A DNA stretch of 64,000 nt from Candidatus Krumholzibacteriota bacterium (GCA_016933255.1 JAFGBF010000015.1:79725-143724); one strand, 5' to 3'; positions 10,584 to 20,819 are shown, counted from the stretch's first letter. Notes: generated from the sequence alone by a model not told the origin. Made by a program: numbers and translations.

Positions 10584-11102
10584 ATGATATCAGACAAGAT
10601 CATTAAGGCGATGAACGATCAGATAAGGAAGGAGTTTTACTCCTCGTATCTCTATCTTTCAATGGCTTCATATCTCCATAGCAAGGGATTCGACGGGATG
10701 GGGGGCTGGATGCGTGCCCAGGCTATGGAAGAAGCGATTCACGCGATGAAATTTTTCGATCATCTCATTGAAAGGGGCGGAGATGTGGAACTTCAGCCGA
10801 TCGAACAGCCGCCGGCAGAATGGAAATCTCCTTTAGAGGCTTTCAGGGGAGCGCTTGATCATGAAAGAATGATCACTGGAACGATCAATGATCTGTACAA
10901 GATGGCCAGTGATGAAAATGATTATGCCTCCAGGACGATGCTTCAGTGGTTCATCGACGAGCAGATCGAAGAGGAGACAAATGCCGAGAAAAACGTAAGA
11001 ATGCTTGAGATCGCTGGAGAGTCGGGACAGGCTCTGCTTATGATAGACAAGGATCTTGGGGTGAGGATGATGCCCCTCGTTCCATCAGTAAAAGAAGTAT
11101 AG
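10584..11102 (+). CDS. ftnA: Non-heme ferritin
   Basis: NDQI.KE.YSSYLYLSMA, QA.EE..HA.KF, LQWFIDEQIEEE. Confidence 0.95.
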   Translation: MISDKIIKAMNDQIRKEFYSSYLYLSMASYLHSKGFDGMGGWMRAQAMEEAIHAMKFFDHLIERGGDVELQPIEQPPAEWKSPLEAFRGALDHERMITGTINDLYKMASDENDYASRTMLQWFIDEQIEEETNAEKNVRMLEIAGESGQALLMIDKDLGVRMMPLVPSVKEV

Positions 11103-11140
11103 GCAGGGGAAGAAGAGGAATTTCGGCAGGAAGGATAACG

Positions 11141-12367
11141 ATGTCAGAGACGTTCAAGGCGGTTCGTATAACGGACGGCGTTTACTGGGTGGGCGCGATA
11201 GACTGGAATATCAGGAATTTTCACGGATACTCCACGTACAGCGGAACGACGTACAACGCTTATCTGGTCATGGCTGAGAAGGTCACACTTATAGATACAG
11301 TCAAGGAACCGTTTAAAAACGAGTTACTTTCGAGGATCTCGTCGGTGATAGATCCCGGGAAGATCGATTATGTCGTCTCAAACCACGCGGAAATGGATCA
11401 TTCGGGATACCTGGGAGAATTTATTGAAAAGTACCGGCCTGAAAAGGTGTTTGCTTCGAAAAAGGGCGTGGAAGCTCTTGAAGACCATTTCGGGATAGGT
11501 GATCAGCTTATTGCGGTCGATGACGGTGAGAAGATAGACCTGGGCAGCGATTCGCTGATCTGCCTTGAAACGAAGATGCTTCACTGGCCTGACAGTATGG
11601 TCACGTATCTGGCAGGCAAAAAGATCCTGTTTTCCCAGGATGGGTTCGGTATGCATCACGCTTCATATGGACGTTTCGATGATATGATCGACGAAAATAT
11701 TCTCAAACGTGAGGCGGCCAAGTATTACGCGAATATCCTCCTGCCTTTTTCCCCTGTCGTAAAGAAAGTCCTGAAGAAAATCGGGGATTCAGGGCTCGAG
11801 ATCGAGATGATTGCTCCCGATCACGGCCCTGTCTGGAGATCAGGTGTGGAGAAGATACTATCACTGTATGATAGATGGGCGTCGAGAGAACTCAGAAAGA
11901 AAGCGGTTATCGCCTGCGATTCGATGTGGGGGTCCACGACTGTGATGGCAAGGGTCATCGGACAGAGCCTGTCGGAGAGTGATGTTGATGTCGCGTATCT
12001 GAATTTGAGCACAGCGCATAGGTCGGATCTTGCCGCTGAGCTTATCGATGCTGGAGCTCTGATAGTCGGTTCACCGACGATCAATGGCACCCTCTTCCCG
12101 ACCGTAGCGGACGCGTTGTACTATATCCGCGGACTGAAGCCGACCGGGATCGTGGGCGCGGCATTCGGATCGTACGGATGGAGTGGAGAGGCGGTCGGAC
12201 AGATCACCGAACTGCTGGAAAAGATGAATATCGATCTTGCAGGAGAAAGCGTTAGGGCAAAATATGTTCCTTCAGGTCATCTGATCGAACGCTGCAGCGA
12301 GCTCGGCCGTGAGGTGGCGAAAAGGCTGGAAGCCCTTCCAAAGAATTTCCCTGGAGAAAAGCCGTAA
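11141..12367 (+). CDS. fprA: Flavodiiron protein (FprA, O2/NO reductase)
   Basis: GTTYNAYL, NHAEMDHS, HWPDSM, PDHG and flavodoxin domain (SMWGST, FGSYGWSGE). Confidence 0.95.
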   Translation: MSETFKAVRITDGVYWVGAIDWNIRNFHGYSTYSGTTYNAYLVMAEKVTLIDTVKEPFKNELLSRISSVIDPGKIDYVVSNHAEMDHSGYLGEFIEKYRPEKVFASKKGVEALEDHFGIGDQLIAVDDGEKIDLGSDSLICLETKMLHWPDSMVTYLAGKKILFSQDGFGMHHASYGRFDDMIDENILKREAAKYYANILLPFSPVVKKVLKKIGDSGLEIEMIAPDHGPVWRSGVEKILSLYDRWASRELRKKAVIACDSMWGSTTVMARVIGQSLSESDVDVAYLNLSTAHRSDLAAELIDAGALIVGSPTINGTLFPTVADALYYIRGLKPTGIVGAAFGSYGWSGEAVGQITELLEKMNIDLAGESVRAKYVPSGHLIERCSELGREVAKRLEALPKNFPGEKP

Positions 12368-12369
12368 AG

Positions 12370-13230
12370 ATGAAGAGACAGATAATTACAATCGACGAGG
12401 AAAAATGTAACGGGTGCGGGAAATGCCTGCCTAATTGTCCGGAGGGAGCCCTTCAGATAATCGACGGGAAGGCCAGGCTCGTCAGTGATCTTTTCTGCGA
12501 CGGGCTCGGCGCCTGTATCGGGTATTGTCCGGAGGGTGCGATCTCTACGGAGCTTCGCGAAGCAGAAAAGTATGATGAAAAAAAGGTGATGGAAAACATA
12601 ATCCGGCAGGGGCCGAATGTCCTGAAGGCACATCTGAAGCATCTCGTCGACCATGGAGAGACCGATCTTGTTGTGCAGGCGGTCGAGTATCTGAAAGATA
12701 ATGACCACGAAATACCGGAAGAGGCTATCGCTCTTCTTTGCCCTGCCTCGCGTATCTCACCGAAAGGGAACGGACCTGTGTCCGGGTGCCCCGGATCAAG
12801 CGTGGTAGAGATGAAAAGTCCCGGTCTGCAGGAAGAAAAGGGTTATCTGCCGCCATCAAAGTCTATGCTTGATCATTGGCCGGTCCAGATAAAGCTTGTC
12901 CCCTCATCTGCTCCTTTTCTTGACGGCTCGGATCTTGTCATTGTCGCTGATTGCGTTCCTTTTGCGTATGCCGATTTTCATGAAAGGTTCCTGAAGGGTA
13001 GATCCTGCATCGTCGGATGCCCCAAGCTCGATGATGCGGGATACTATCTTGAGAAATTGACGGCGATCTTTTCCAGCAACGATATACGCTCGATCCTTAT
13101 TGCATATATGGAGGTTCCCTGCTGCTCAGGAATGGTCAGGCTTGTAGAACGCGCGCTGGAGGCGTCGGGAAAAGAAATCCCGGTGAGCAGGCAGATGATA
13201 GGAATAAAAGGGGATGAATTGCCGCGCTAG
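12370..13230 (+). CDS. 4Fe-4S dicluster protein with conserved Cys-rich C-terminal domain
   Basis: CNGCGKCLPNCP and CDGLGACIGYCP; C-domain WPVQ, ADC, GCPKLD, MEVPCC. Confidence 0.85.
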   Translation: MKRQIITIDEEKCNGCGKCLPNCPEGALQIIDGKARLVSDLFCDGLGACIGYCPEGAISTELREAEKYDEKKVMENIIRQGPNVLKAHLKHLVDHGETDLVVQAVEYLKDNDHEIPEEAIALLCPASRISPKGNGPVSGCPGSSVVEMKSPGLQEEKGYLPPSKSMLDHWPVQIKLVPSSAPFLDGSDLVIVADCVPFAYADFHERFLKGRSCIVGCPKLDDAGYYLEKLTAIFSSNDIRSILIAYMEVPCCSGMVRLVERALEASGKEIPVSRQMIGIKGDELPR

Positions 13231-13263
13231 TTTCAGCAGATAATAAAGGATATCTTCCCGATC

Positions 13264-13734
13264 TTAATCGATATCATCCTGAGACGGTCTGGATCTCGTC
13301 TGCTTGAGCACGCCCCGCTTTTTCTTTTCCCGTAGCCTCAATTCCTTTATAAATCCGGGTGGTTTCCGTTTTTTTCGCGGGGGATCGATCTGAAGGGCCT
13401 CGCGTATCAGTGTCACGAACCTCTCAACGGCCGCATTGCGGTTTGATCCCTGTGTCCTGTGTTTTTGGGAGGATACCCTTAATATCCCGCTTTTGTTTAT
13501 CCTGCCTGCCAGGTTTTCACGAATAAGAGCCGCCTGGGCTTCATCAAGAGCTGAAGAGTTCCCGATATCGAATGTTAGGACAGCCTTGGAATTCACCTTG
13601 TTTACATTCTGTCCTCCAGGCTTGCTGCTGCGGGAGAATCTGAAGATGATCTCATCGTCAGGTATCTCAAGCTCATCGTCTATCCTGACCACGCTATTCT
13701 CCCTGTCATGGGCGATTAATGGATCTATCCTCAT
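13264..13734 (-). CDS. arfB: Alternative ribosome rescue factor ArfB (peptidyl-tRNA hydrolase)
   Basis: SSKPGGQNVNKV GGQ motif, R.Q..NR, basic C-terminal tail. Confidence 0.92.
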   Translation of the reverse strand: MRIDPLIAHDRENSVVRIDDELEIPDDEIIFRFSRSSKPGGQNVNKVNSKAVLTFDIGNSSALDEAQAALIRENLAGRINKSGILRVSSQKHRTQGSNRNAAVERFVTLIREALQIDPPRKKRKPPGFIKELRLREKKKRGVLKQTRSRPSQDDID

Positions 13735-13997
13735 CGAAGATATCGGTTAAAACAGGAGAATGCATCCGAAATCTGACCGCAGCGAAAAATATTCACAAAA
13801 CATACAGGCCTGAAAGTGAGATGTTGAGATATTTATATATATATGGTACCGTGATCGTCCTGATGACGGATGCTGAAAAACCGGCGGAAGGGCAACAATC
13901 ACCCTCTTGCCGTCGTAGGATACATACAGGAAGAGTTTTGCATATCGTCAGGACATTGTTGAAGATAGGGGTCTCTTTCTCAACCGGAGGTGTTTGA

Positions 13998-15728
13998 ATG
14001 AAATCGTTTTTTAAATCGTTTTTCGCCAGTCTGCTGGCGATACTTGTAGTCGTTCTCATAATAGTCACGATCGTCGCGACGAAATCGCAGCAGACTACGA
14101 AAATAGAAGATCATTCCTGGCTTGTCATCGATCTATACGGTGATATTCTGGAATATTCTCCTCCAGCCGGAGTGATGTCGGAGATCGTGGGCGGAAAACC
14201 TGAGACCCTGCAGCGTATCCTCTCAAGCCTTGAAAAGGTCCGCGTAGATGACAGGATAGAAGGAGTCATCATCAAGATGTCGGCGAATAACGGTGCCGGA
14301 CGGGGGATGAAAGAAGAGATCAGGGGCGCGATAGAAAAAGTACAGGAGAGCGGCAAAAAGGTCTACGGCTACTCCGATTCGATGGACAGGAGCCTGTACT
14401 ATCTTGCCAGCGCCTGTGATTCGATATACATGCCTCCGACCGGGTACATATCATTTTTAGGGATTGCGGTGACAACAGAGCATCTTCTGGGTACGCTGGA
14501 AAAACTCGGGATCAAACCGAATATTCACAAGATCAAGGATTATAAAAGCGCCGCCGAGATGATCGTCAGCAAGAAGATGTCTCCCGAAGCGAGAAAAAAC
14601 AAGGAATGGATCATCGATGATTTATGGGATGTCTTCTGTGAGACTCTGGAATCGGATCGCGGGCTTTCAGAAGAAAAGATAATCGAAGCGATGGAGCACG
14701 CCCTCTTTCTCCCGGCTGATGCGGTCGAGTTCGGCCTGATAGACGGGTTGAAATACTGGGATGAGATCGAAGGTATGTTGAAGGGCGAAAAGGATGAAAA
14801 ACTAAAAACGGTAGGTCAGTCCAGATATGCAGAGGAGGATCCTGAAAAGCTTGGATTGAAAGGGGATAAGAAGATCGCCGTCATCCACGCGCAGGGAACG
14901 ATCGGGGGCAGAAAGAACCGTATCGATCCGATGCTGGGTGTAATGATGGGGCATGAATCGATCGTGGCGGAATTTAAAAAGGCGCAGCAGGATGATGATG
15001 TCGCGGCGATCGTCTTTCGTGTCGACAGCGGAGGAGGAGAAAGTCTTGCCAGTGATATGATAGGTCATCAGGTAGAGGTAACGTCCAAAGTCAAACCGGT
15101 GATCGTATCGATGGTCGATGTCGCCGCCTCCGGAGGATATTCGATCTCGTACAGGTCGACAAAGATGATAGCTGACAAGATGACAATAACCGGATCGATA
15201 GGATCGATAAGCGGAAAGATGAATATCAGCGGTTTTAACGACAAGCTCGGGATCTCCCATGATTTTGTTACCAAGGGCCCAAACGGGCTCTTCTATTCCC
15301 CTTACAAGGATTTTTCAGATCAGCAGTGGGAAATATTCAAGGCTGACCACTGGGCTGGATTTAATGAATGGATGCAGTCTGTGGCGGATCATAGGGGAAT
15401 GACATTCGGAGAGGTTGAAAAACTTGCCCACGGCCGGGTATGGACCGGCAGGCAGGCGGTAGAAAACGGCCTGATCGATGAGATCGGCGGGCTTGACCGG
15501 GCGATAGAACTTGCTTGCGCTGAGGCGGGTCTTCCTGAGGATGAAAAGGTTTCGATAGTGCATTTGCCTGAAACAAAGGGATTTCTGGAAGAACTGATGT
15601 CAGGCGGAAGTTTCACGACAGTCGCTGAATATGTGATCTACAGGTATATCAGGGATGACCTTTCAGATACCTGGAATACGATGACTATGGGGACGCAGCA
15701 AAAGGTCGACAGGTTTTTTATAAACTAG
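13998..15728 (+). CDS. sppA: Signal peptide peptidase SppA, long (67K) type
   Basis: N-terminal TM, duplicated S49 domains, YKSAAE lysine, RVDSGGG, VAASGGY serine, TGSIG, GRVWTG. Confidence 0.93.
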   Translation: MKSFFKSFFASLLAILVVVLIIVTIVATKSQQTTKIEDHSWLVIDLYGDILEYSPPAGVMSEIVGGKPETLQRILSSLEKVRVDDRIEGVIIKMSANNGAGRGMKEEIRGAIEKVQESGKKVYGYSDSMDRSLYYLASACDSIYMPPTGYISFLGIAVTTEHLLGTLEKLGIKPNIHKIKDYKSAAEMIVSKKMSPEARKNKEWIIDDLWDVFCETLESDRGLSEEKIIEAMEHALFLPADAVEFGLIDGLKYWDEIEGMLKGEKDEKLKTVGQSRYAEEDPEKLGLKGDKKIAVIHAQGTIGGRKNRIDPMLGVMMGHESIVAEFKKAQQDDDVAAIVFRVDSGGGESLASDMIGHQVEVTSKVKPVIVSMVDVAASGGYSISYRSTKMIADKMTITGSIGSISGKMNISGFNDKLGISHDFVTKGPNGLFYSPYKDFSDQQWEIFKADHWAGFNEWMQSVADHRGMTFGEVEKLAHGRVWTGRQAVENGLIDEIGGLDRAIELACAEAGLPEDEKVSIVHLPETKGFLEELMSGGSFTTVAEYVIYRYIRDDLSDTWNTMTMGTQQKVDRFFIN

Positions 15729-15802
15729 ACGATCCCGCGCCAGCAGGATCAGATTCGAATCTGAATCGGGTGTGTGGAAAAATACAGGCCGGGGAGTCCG
15801 CA

Positions 15803-17533
15803 ATGAGCAGTGGTTCGGGAAAATTGAATCTGCTGCCGGTTTTGTTGCCGGCAGTATTCCTTCTTTCTTCGGTGCTTTCCGGAGATGGTTCCGCATATGA
15901 CAGGGTTAGCGGGAGGATGGATGTGTCCAGATCGGAAGTAATAAGTAAAAACGGGATGGTCTGCTCAGCCCATCCTCTGGCTTCTCAGATCGGTATCGAG
16001 ATACTTAAAAAAGGCGGTAATGCTTTCGATGCGGCGATAGCAGTCAACGCTGCGCTTGGGCTTATGGAACCGGTTGCAAACGGGATTGGAGGAGATCTGT
16101 TCGTCATAGTCTGGGATTCAAAGACCCGGAAGCTGTATGGACTTAACGCGAGCGGACGGAGCCCAGGCCTTCTCGATATAGATGAAGTAAAAAAACAGGG
16201 TCATTCAAAGATACCTTATACGGGGATGCTTCCCCAGACTGTTCCAGGCTGCGTCGACGGATGGTTCGAGCTTCATGCAAGATTTGGAAGATTATCGATG
16301 AAGGAACTCCTCGCTCCGGCGATAAGATACGCTGAAGAAGGGTTTCCCGTTACCGAAGTGATCGCGCACTACTGGAAACTCGGTGCCGAAAGGCTCGCGG
16401 AAGAACCAAATTTTGCCTCGACCTATATGCCGGGTGGAAGAGCTCCCGAAAAAGGGGAGATCTTCCGAAATCCAGATCTGGCGAATACATACCGGATGAT
16501 AGCGGAAGAGGGGAGAGATGCCTTCTATCGTGGAAAGATAGCAAAGACGATTGACAGGTTCTCAAGAGATAACGGGGGATATCTTCGGCTGAAGGATCTG
16601 GAGGAACACACCTCTACGTGGGTGGAACCTGTAAGTACGGATTATCGCGGCTATGACGTCTGGGAACTCCCGCCGAACGGTCAGGGTATTGCGGCCCTTC
16701 AGATACTCAATATTCTGGAAGATTATGATCTCTCTTCGCTGGGTTTTGGGTCGGCAGAATATCTTCATCTTCTCATCGAGGCTAAAAAGATCGCCTTTGA
16801 AGACAGGGCAAGGTTTTACGCAGACCCGGAATTTGCCGATATTCCGGTCGAGATGCTGATATCAAAGGAGTATGCGGCCGGCCGGAGGAAACTGATAGAT
16901 ATCGGCAGAGTTCTCAGGGAGATCCCCGCCTCAGATCCGGTACCCGATATGGGAGAAACGACATATCTTGTCGTAGCCGACAAAGAAAGGAACTTTGTAT
17001 CTCTGATACAGAGCAACTATGCCGGTTTTGGATCCGGCCCTGTTCCGGATGGGCTTGGGTTCTGCCTGCAGGACCGAGGGTCCCTCTTCAATCTGGATCC
17101 TGATCATCCAAATTCGCTTCAGCCTCATAAAAGGCCGTTCCACACGATAATTCCCGCGATGGTCAGCAGGAACGGAAAGCCGGTCTTTGCTTTCGGAGTG
17201 ATGGGAGGGTCGATGCAGCCTCAGGGTCACGTGCAGATACTTTGTAATATCATCGATTTTGGAATGGGGATCCAGGAGGCGGGAGATGCGCCCAGGATAA
17301 GGCACTACGGTTCTTCTCAACCGACCGGAGAATTTATGACTGACGGAGGAAGAATCGCTGTTGAATCCGGGTTCGAAGATGCCGTGATCAGGGCGCTGAT
17401 AGAAAAAGGTCACTCGGTTGTCAAGGACAGCGGAGGTTTCGGGGGTTACCAGGGGATCTGGTGGGATCACGAAAATGATCTCCTTATTGCGGGTTCTGAA
17501 TCCAGAAAAGACGGGTGTGCGGCGGGGTATTAA
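15803..17533 (+). CDS. ggt: Gamma-glutamyltransferase, exported
   Basis: GGNAFDAAIA, GIGGD, PPNGQG, autoprocessing Thr in ETTYL, KRPFHTIIP, GVMGG, SRKDG; hydrophobic N-terminus. Start ATG 15803 preferred. Confidence 0.94.
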   Translation: MSSGSGKLNLLPVLLPAVFLLSSVLSGDGSAYDRVSGRMDVSRSEVISKNGMVCSAHPLASQIGIEILKKGGNAFDAAIAVNAALGLMEPVANGIGGDLFVIVWDSKTRKLYGLNASGRSPGLLDIDEVKKQGHSKIPYTGMLPQTVPGCVDGWFELHARFGRLSMKELLAPAIRYAEEGFPVTEVIAHYWKLGAERLAEEPNFASTYMPGGRAPEKGEIFRNPDLANTYRMIAEEGRDAFYRGKIAKTIDRFSRDNGGYLRLKDLEEHTSTWVEPVSTDYRGYDVWELPPNGQGIAALQILNILEDYDLSSLGFGSAEYLHLLIEAKKIAFEDRARFYADPEFADIPVEMLISKEYAAGRRKLIDIGRVLREIPASDPVPDMGETTYLVVADKERNFVSLIQSNYAGFGSGPVPDGLGFCLQDRGSLFNLDPDHPNSLQPHKRPFHTIIPAMVSRNGKPVFAFGVMGGSMQPQGHVQILCNIIDFGMGIQEAGDAPRIRHYGSSQPTGEFMTDGGRIAVESGFEDAVIRALIEKGHSVVKDSGGFGGYQGIWWDHENDLLIAGSESRKDGCAAGY

Positions 17534-17556
17534 CGAAAGGGCGGGGAAAGACGGAG

Positions 17557-17928
17557 ATGGAATTTGTCGATTCAAAGTTCTTTGATCATTTCATCGATCC
17601 GCGGAATGTCGGTACGATAAAAGATCCCGATGGCACGGGAATGGGCGGGGACGCCTCATGCGGAGACTGGCTGATCGTCATGATAAAGGTCGATAAAAAT
17701 ATGATATCAGAGATAAAATTCCAGTGCAGGGGATGCTCTGCTGCAATAGTCACTTCAAGCGCGATGACTGAACTAGCCCTGGGAAAGTCGATAGAGGAGG
17801 CGCTGAAGATATCAGCCAGGGCCATCGAAGACGAAGTGGGGGGACTGTCCGACGAGAAACGACATTGCTCGATCCTTGGTGAAAGCGCTCTTCGTCAGGC
17901 TATTGAAGATTACCGCGGAAGACAGTGA
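17557..17928 (+). CDS. iscU: IscU/NifU-N Fe-S cluster scaffold protein
   Basis: DHF..PRNVG, SCGD, GCSAAI.TSS, KRHCS (three conserved Cys). Confidence 0.88.
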   Translation: MEFVDSKFFDHFIDPRNVGTIKDPDGTGMGGDASCGDWLIVMIKVDKNMISEIKFQCRGCSAAIVTSSAMTELALGKSIEEALKISARAIEDEVGGLSDEKRHCSILGESALRQAIEDYRGRQ

Positions 17929-18003
17929 TACCGGGAAGTAACGAAAAAACAATCCATAACAGCACACCGAAGCAGAATGGCCTGCTCTGAACGCTTTCTG
18001 CTG

Positions 18004-18624
18004 TCAGGAACCTTTCCTTCTTTCTTTCAGTCTTTCGTGCAGTTCATTATGGAGATACTGCACATACAGTTCCGCTCTCGGTTTCTTGGTTATACGCTTT
18101 ATGGTGATCGACATCCCCGGACCTTTAAGCCAGTAGGTCTTGTACGCCATTTCGATAGTTCCATCGGGAAATGTGCATTTACCGCCGTATCTTTCTTCCA
18201 TGAGTCCCTTGAGGAAATTCAATTTTGAAACATTGTTCTGCCTGTAATAAATGATGATCTCCATCAATCTGCCATCAAGGAAAGTCAGGTGCGCGCGCTC
18301 GACGTCTTTGGAATCCGACAGTACTTTTGAAAACTCGTAGATCTCACCGCGGCTTCCGGTGCGCGGATCATCCAGCTTTTTCCAGGCTATTCTGGACTTA
18401 ACTCGTTCAAAGACCCCTTCTTTCGTCTCGCCAAGGTAGAAACCGTGGATATTCTCGTCAAGGACGGTGACTTTGTCGCCGCCGCATGACGAAAAAGACC
18501 CAATGATAAAAAACATGATCGCGATCAAAACAGCCGATACGGATGATCTGTATCCCCACCGATTATTTCCTGAATCTTTGCTGACAGTAGATATTTTATT
18601 CATCATCACATCATTCCTTTTCAA
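18004..18624 (-). CDS. Hypothetical protein, probable lipoprotein
   Basis: Hydrophobic stretch ending FSSC; overlaps the stop of the upstream MFS gene; exact start uncertain. Confidence 0.6.
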   Translation of the reverse strand: MKRNDVMMNKISTVSKDSGNNRWGYRSSVSAVLIAIMFFIIGSFSSCGGDKVTVLDENIHGFYLGETKEGVFERVKSRIAWKKLDDPRTGSRGEIYEFSKVLSDSKDVERAHLTFLDGRLMEIIIYYRQNNVSKLNFLKGLMEERYGGKCTFPDGTIEMAYKTYWLKGPGMSITIKRITKKPRAELYVQYLHNELHERLKERRKGS

Positions 18625-20149
18625 AATCCGTTTCAGTCTGATTTTTCAGAAGGGTATAGAGCCCGCCTATGCCGATAAGGATCATTATCGTCGACTGGAT
18701 CCAGGTCTTGGGCGGGACGCTTCCTTTGGTGCTGTTGACAAAAAAGACCATCGCGACCGAGAGCACAGTCAAGAGGCCATAGATAAAGAACATGACCTTT
18801 CGGGCTCTTACCCTGGTAGTGACGCTGTCTTCTCCGAACAATTTATTATAAAGGACGAGTCCTAAGGTGGTGACTATACCGAGGGCGGCAAACACGAGCC
18901 AGAAATTCCTGAGAGTACCCTGAGCTCCGGCCATCTGAAGAGGGATCAAACCCGCTGAAAGTGCTTTTTCCTTTATCGGCGACAGAATGGCCCGGTACAT
19001 CTCGCCCCCGACATTGGAGCCTACAAGTGATCCTATCACTCCGTAGAGAAAGGCATATCCCATATAAGTCGCCTTTTTCTCCTGTGGGGCGACGATCCCG
19101 ATATAGCTGTAATATTTTGGATGACACGTCATTTCGCCTATCGAGAAAACAGCGATACCCAGTATGAATATCCATGCGTTCTGCGACATGGCAAGGACAA
19201 AAAATCCCGCTGAACCGATAAGGATCCCGCCGACCATCGTAGGAAGAGGCTTGATATTTTTTACGATCAGATTGACGAAGATCTGAAGCAGGACGATCGT
19301 CCCTGCGTTCACGACGGTGACGTGTTCAGGCCGGAGAGTATAATCCATCCCCATTCTGGCGAAGAATCTTGTGATCGGAGCGGGGTCTATGAAATCCCGA
19401 AGGTACCACAGAACCGAGCCGAAATTCTGGAAATAGAGGATCCAGAAACAGGAATAAACGAATATCAGGAGCATGAACCTTGCGTCGGAAAGAACGGTAA
19501 GAGCTCCCGACAGTACCTCTTTCAGGTTTTTTCTGCTCTCCGGTTTTGGGGGGTCTCTGTAAAGGAACGCAGCTGGAAGAAGCATCAGGGCGCAATAAAT
19601 AGCGCTTATCGTGAATACCCAGCTCCAGCTGAGGCTGTCCCTTATATAACCAGCGACGAGAGGGGCGACCAGAGCGCCGAGGTTTATCATCCAGTAATAG
19701 ACTCCGAATCCAAACCCGGAATTTTTTTCATTTGTCGTACGGGCGATCGTTCCGGAAATAATCGGCTTAAAAAGTCCCGAACCGGTAGCCATGACGAGCA
19801 GGGAGACAAAGATCACTCCGTAAGTATTGACCTGGCCCGCAACGAAATATCCGGCTGCGAGAAGACTGAAAGCGAACAGCAGCATTTTTCTGTAACCGTA
19901 CCGGTCAGCAAGAGCGCCTCCCAGGATAGGGATCACATATGTGACGGCATAAACGAAACTTTGGAGAAGACCCACCATATCTTCCGTAAATCCAAGACCT
20001 CCATTTGCGACTTTTTCAGAAAGGTATATCGCGAGAAGAGCGTTCAGGCCGTAGTATGCTCCACGCTCGAACAGCTCCATGACATTGGCTACCCAGAATG
20101 ACCGCGGAAAGGATCCTATTCCGCTTTTCATCTCAGAACTGTTTTCCAC
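18611..20149 (-). CDS. MFS transporter, POT/PTR peptide transporter-like
   Basis: ELFERGAYYG (ExxER-like), GGALADRYG, GSGLFKP, YWMINLGA; 12-14 TM segments. Confidence 0.88.
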   Translation of the reverse strand: MENSSEMKSGIGSFPRSFWVANVMELFERGAYYGLNALLAIYLSEKVANGGLGFTEDMVGLLQSFVYAVTYVIPILGGALADRYGYRKMLLFAFSLLAAGYFVAGQVNTYGVIFVSLLVMATGSGLFKPIISGTIARTTNEKNSGFGFGVYYWMINLGALVAPLVAGYIRDSLSWSWVFTISAIYCALMLLPAAFLYRDPPKPESRKNLKEVLSGALTVLSDARFMLLIFVYSCFWILYFQNFGSVLWYLRDFIDPAPITRFFARMGMDYTLRPEHVTVVNAGTIVLLQIFVNLIVKNIKPLPTMVGGILIGSAGFFVLAMSQNAWIFILGIAVFSIGEMTCHPKYYSYIGIVAPQEKKATYMGYAFLYGVIGSLVGSNVGGEMYRAILSPIKEKALSAGLIPLQMAGAQGTLRNFWLVFAALGIVTTLGLVLYNKLFGEDSVTTRVRARKVMFFIYGLLTVLSVAMVFFVNSTKGSVPPKTWIQSTIMILIGIGGLYTLLKNQTETDFEKE

Positions 20150-20311
20150 TTTGATTACTTCCTTTCCCAGGCAGGGACTACCCTGATCTCTACGGACTGT
20201 TGATATCTCCCGGACAGGAGCGCCGGTCAGGAATGGCCTGCAAGAGGTGGCCGGACCCGAAGCGGACGCTTCTGAGCAGGGAATCTATCAAAAATAACGG
20301 GATAATGGTAT

Positions 20312-20344
20312 AAAAAAATTGCCCGGCAGAGTCTTGCCGGGCAA
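20312..20344 (-). terminator. Intrinsic terminator after FHA gene
   Basis: TTGCCCGGCA-N6-TGCCGGGCAA perfect stem followed by a T run on the minus strand. Confidence 0.8.
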
Positions 20345-20373
20345 AGGATTATCGTAGTAATTCTGCATGCGGT

Positions 20374-20739
20374 TCATTGAAAGCGGAATCTCAATTCGTA
20401 GTTGCCGATTCCGATAAGATCATTATTATTGATTTTGATCTTATGGATTTCCTTCCCGTTCAGGTTCGTTCCGTGGCGGCTGTTGAGGTCTTCCAGAAAA
20501 TATGATCCGTTTTCATTTATTATCTGGGCATGCTCGGGAGAGACGAACGAATGATCAAGACAGATATCGCAATCTACGCTACTGCCAAGCAGCGTAGATT
20601 TTTTACTGATCTCTATTTTGAGTCCTGAAAAACATCCATTTGTTATTTCCAGGACTGCTTTGCTTTTTTGCCCGTTTTTTTTCTGATTGCTGTTTTTCGT
20701 TTTATGAATATGTCCGCGTGTAGAATTTTTTGTCGTCAC
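20374..20739 (-). CDS. Stand-alone FHA domain protein
   Basis: LGS...CDICL...VSPEHA.I, LEDLNSRHGT.LNG, ND.IGIG; start taken as GTG 20739 after AAAGGTGA. Confidence 0.85.
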   Translation of the reverse strand: MTTKNSTRGHIHKTKNSNQKKNGQKSKAVLEITNGCFSGLKIEISKKSTLLGSSVDCDICLDHSFVSPEHAQIINENGSYFLEDLNSRHGTNLNGKEIHKIKINNNDLIGIGNYELRFRFQ

Positions 20740-20804
20740 GTTATCACCTTTCATCAATTGAAGCCCAACCACTTTATTGTCATCAAGGTGTCGCGCAGCA
20801 ACCC

Positions 20805-20819
20805 GCATAAATCGTACCA
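20805..20819 (-). promoter_or_regulatory. Putative sigma-54 promoter of FHA gene
   Basis: Minus strand TGGTACGATTTATGC (GG-N10-GC) about 65 bp upstream of the start. Confidence 0.6.

Noticed and set aside
13860..13878. CTGATGA...GAAA resembling a hammerhead ribozyme core
   Set aside because: The intervening CGGATGCT cannot form stem II and no compatible stems I and III were found
20180..20282. Multi-stem structure upstream of the MFS gene as a riboswitch
   Set aside because: The wobble pairs favour the plus strand while the gene is on the minus strand, and no known aptamer consensus is present
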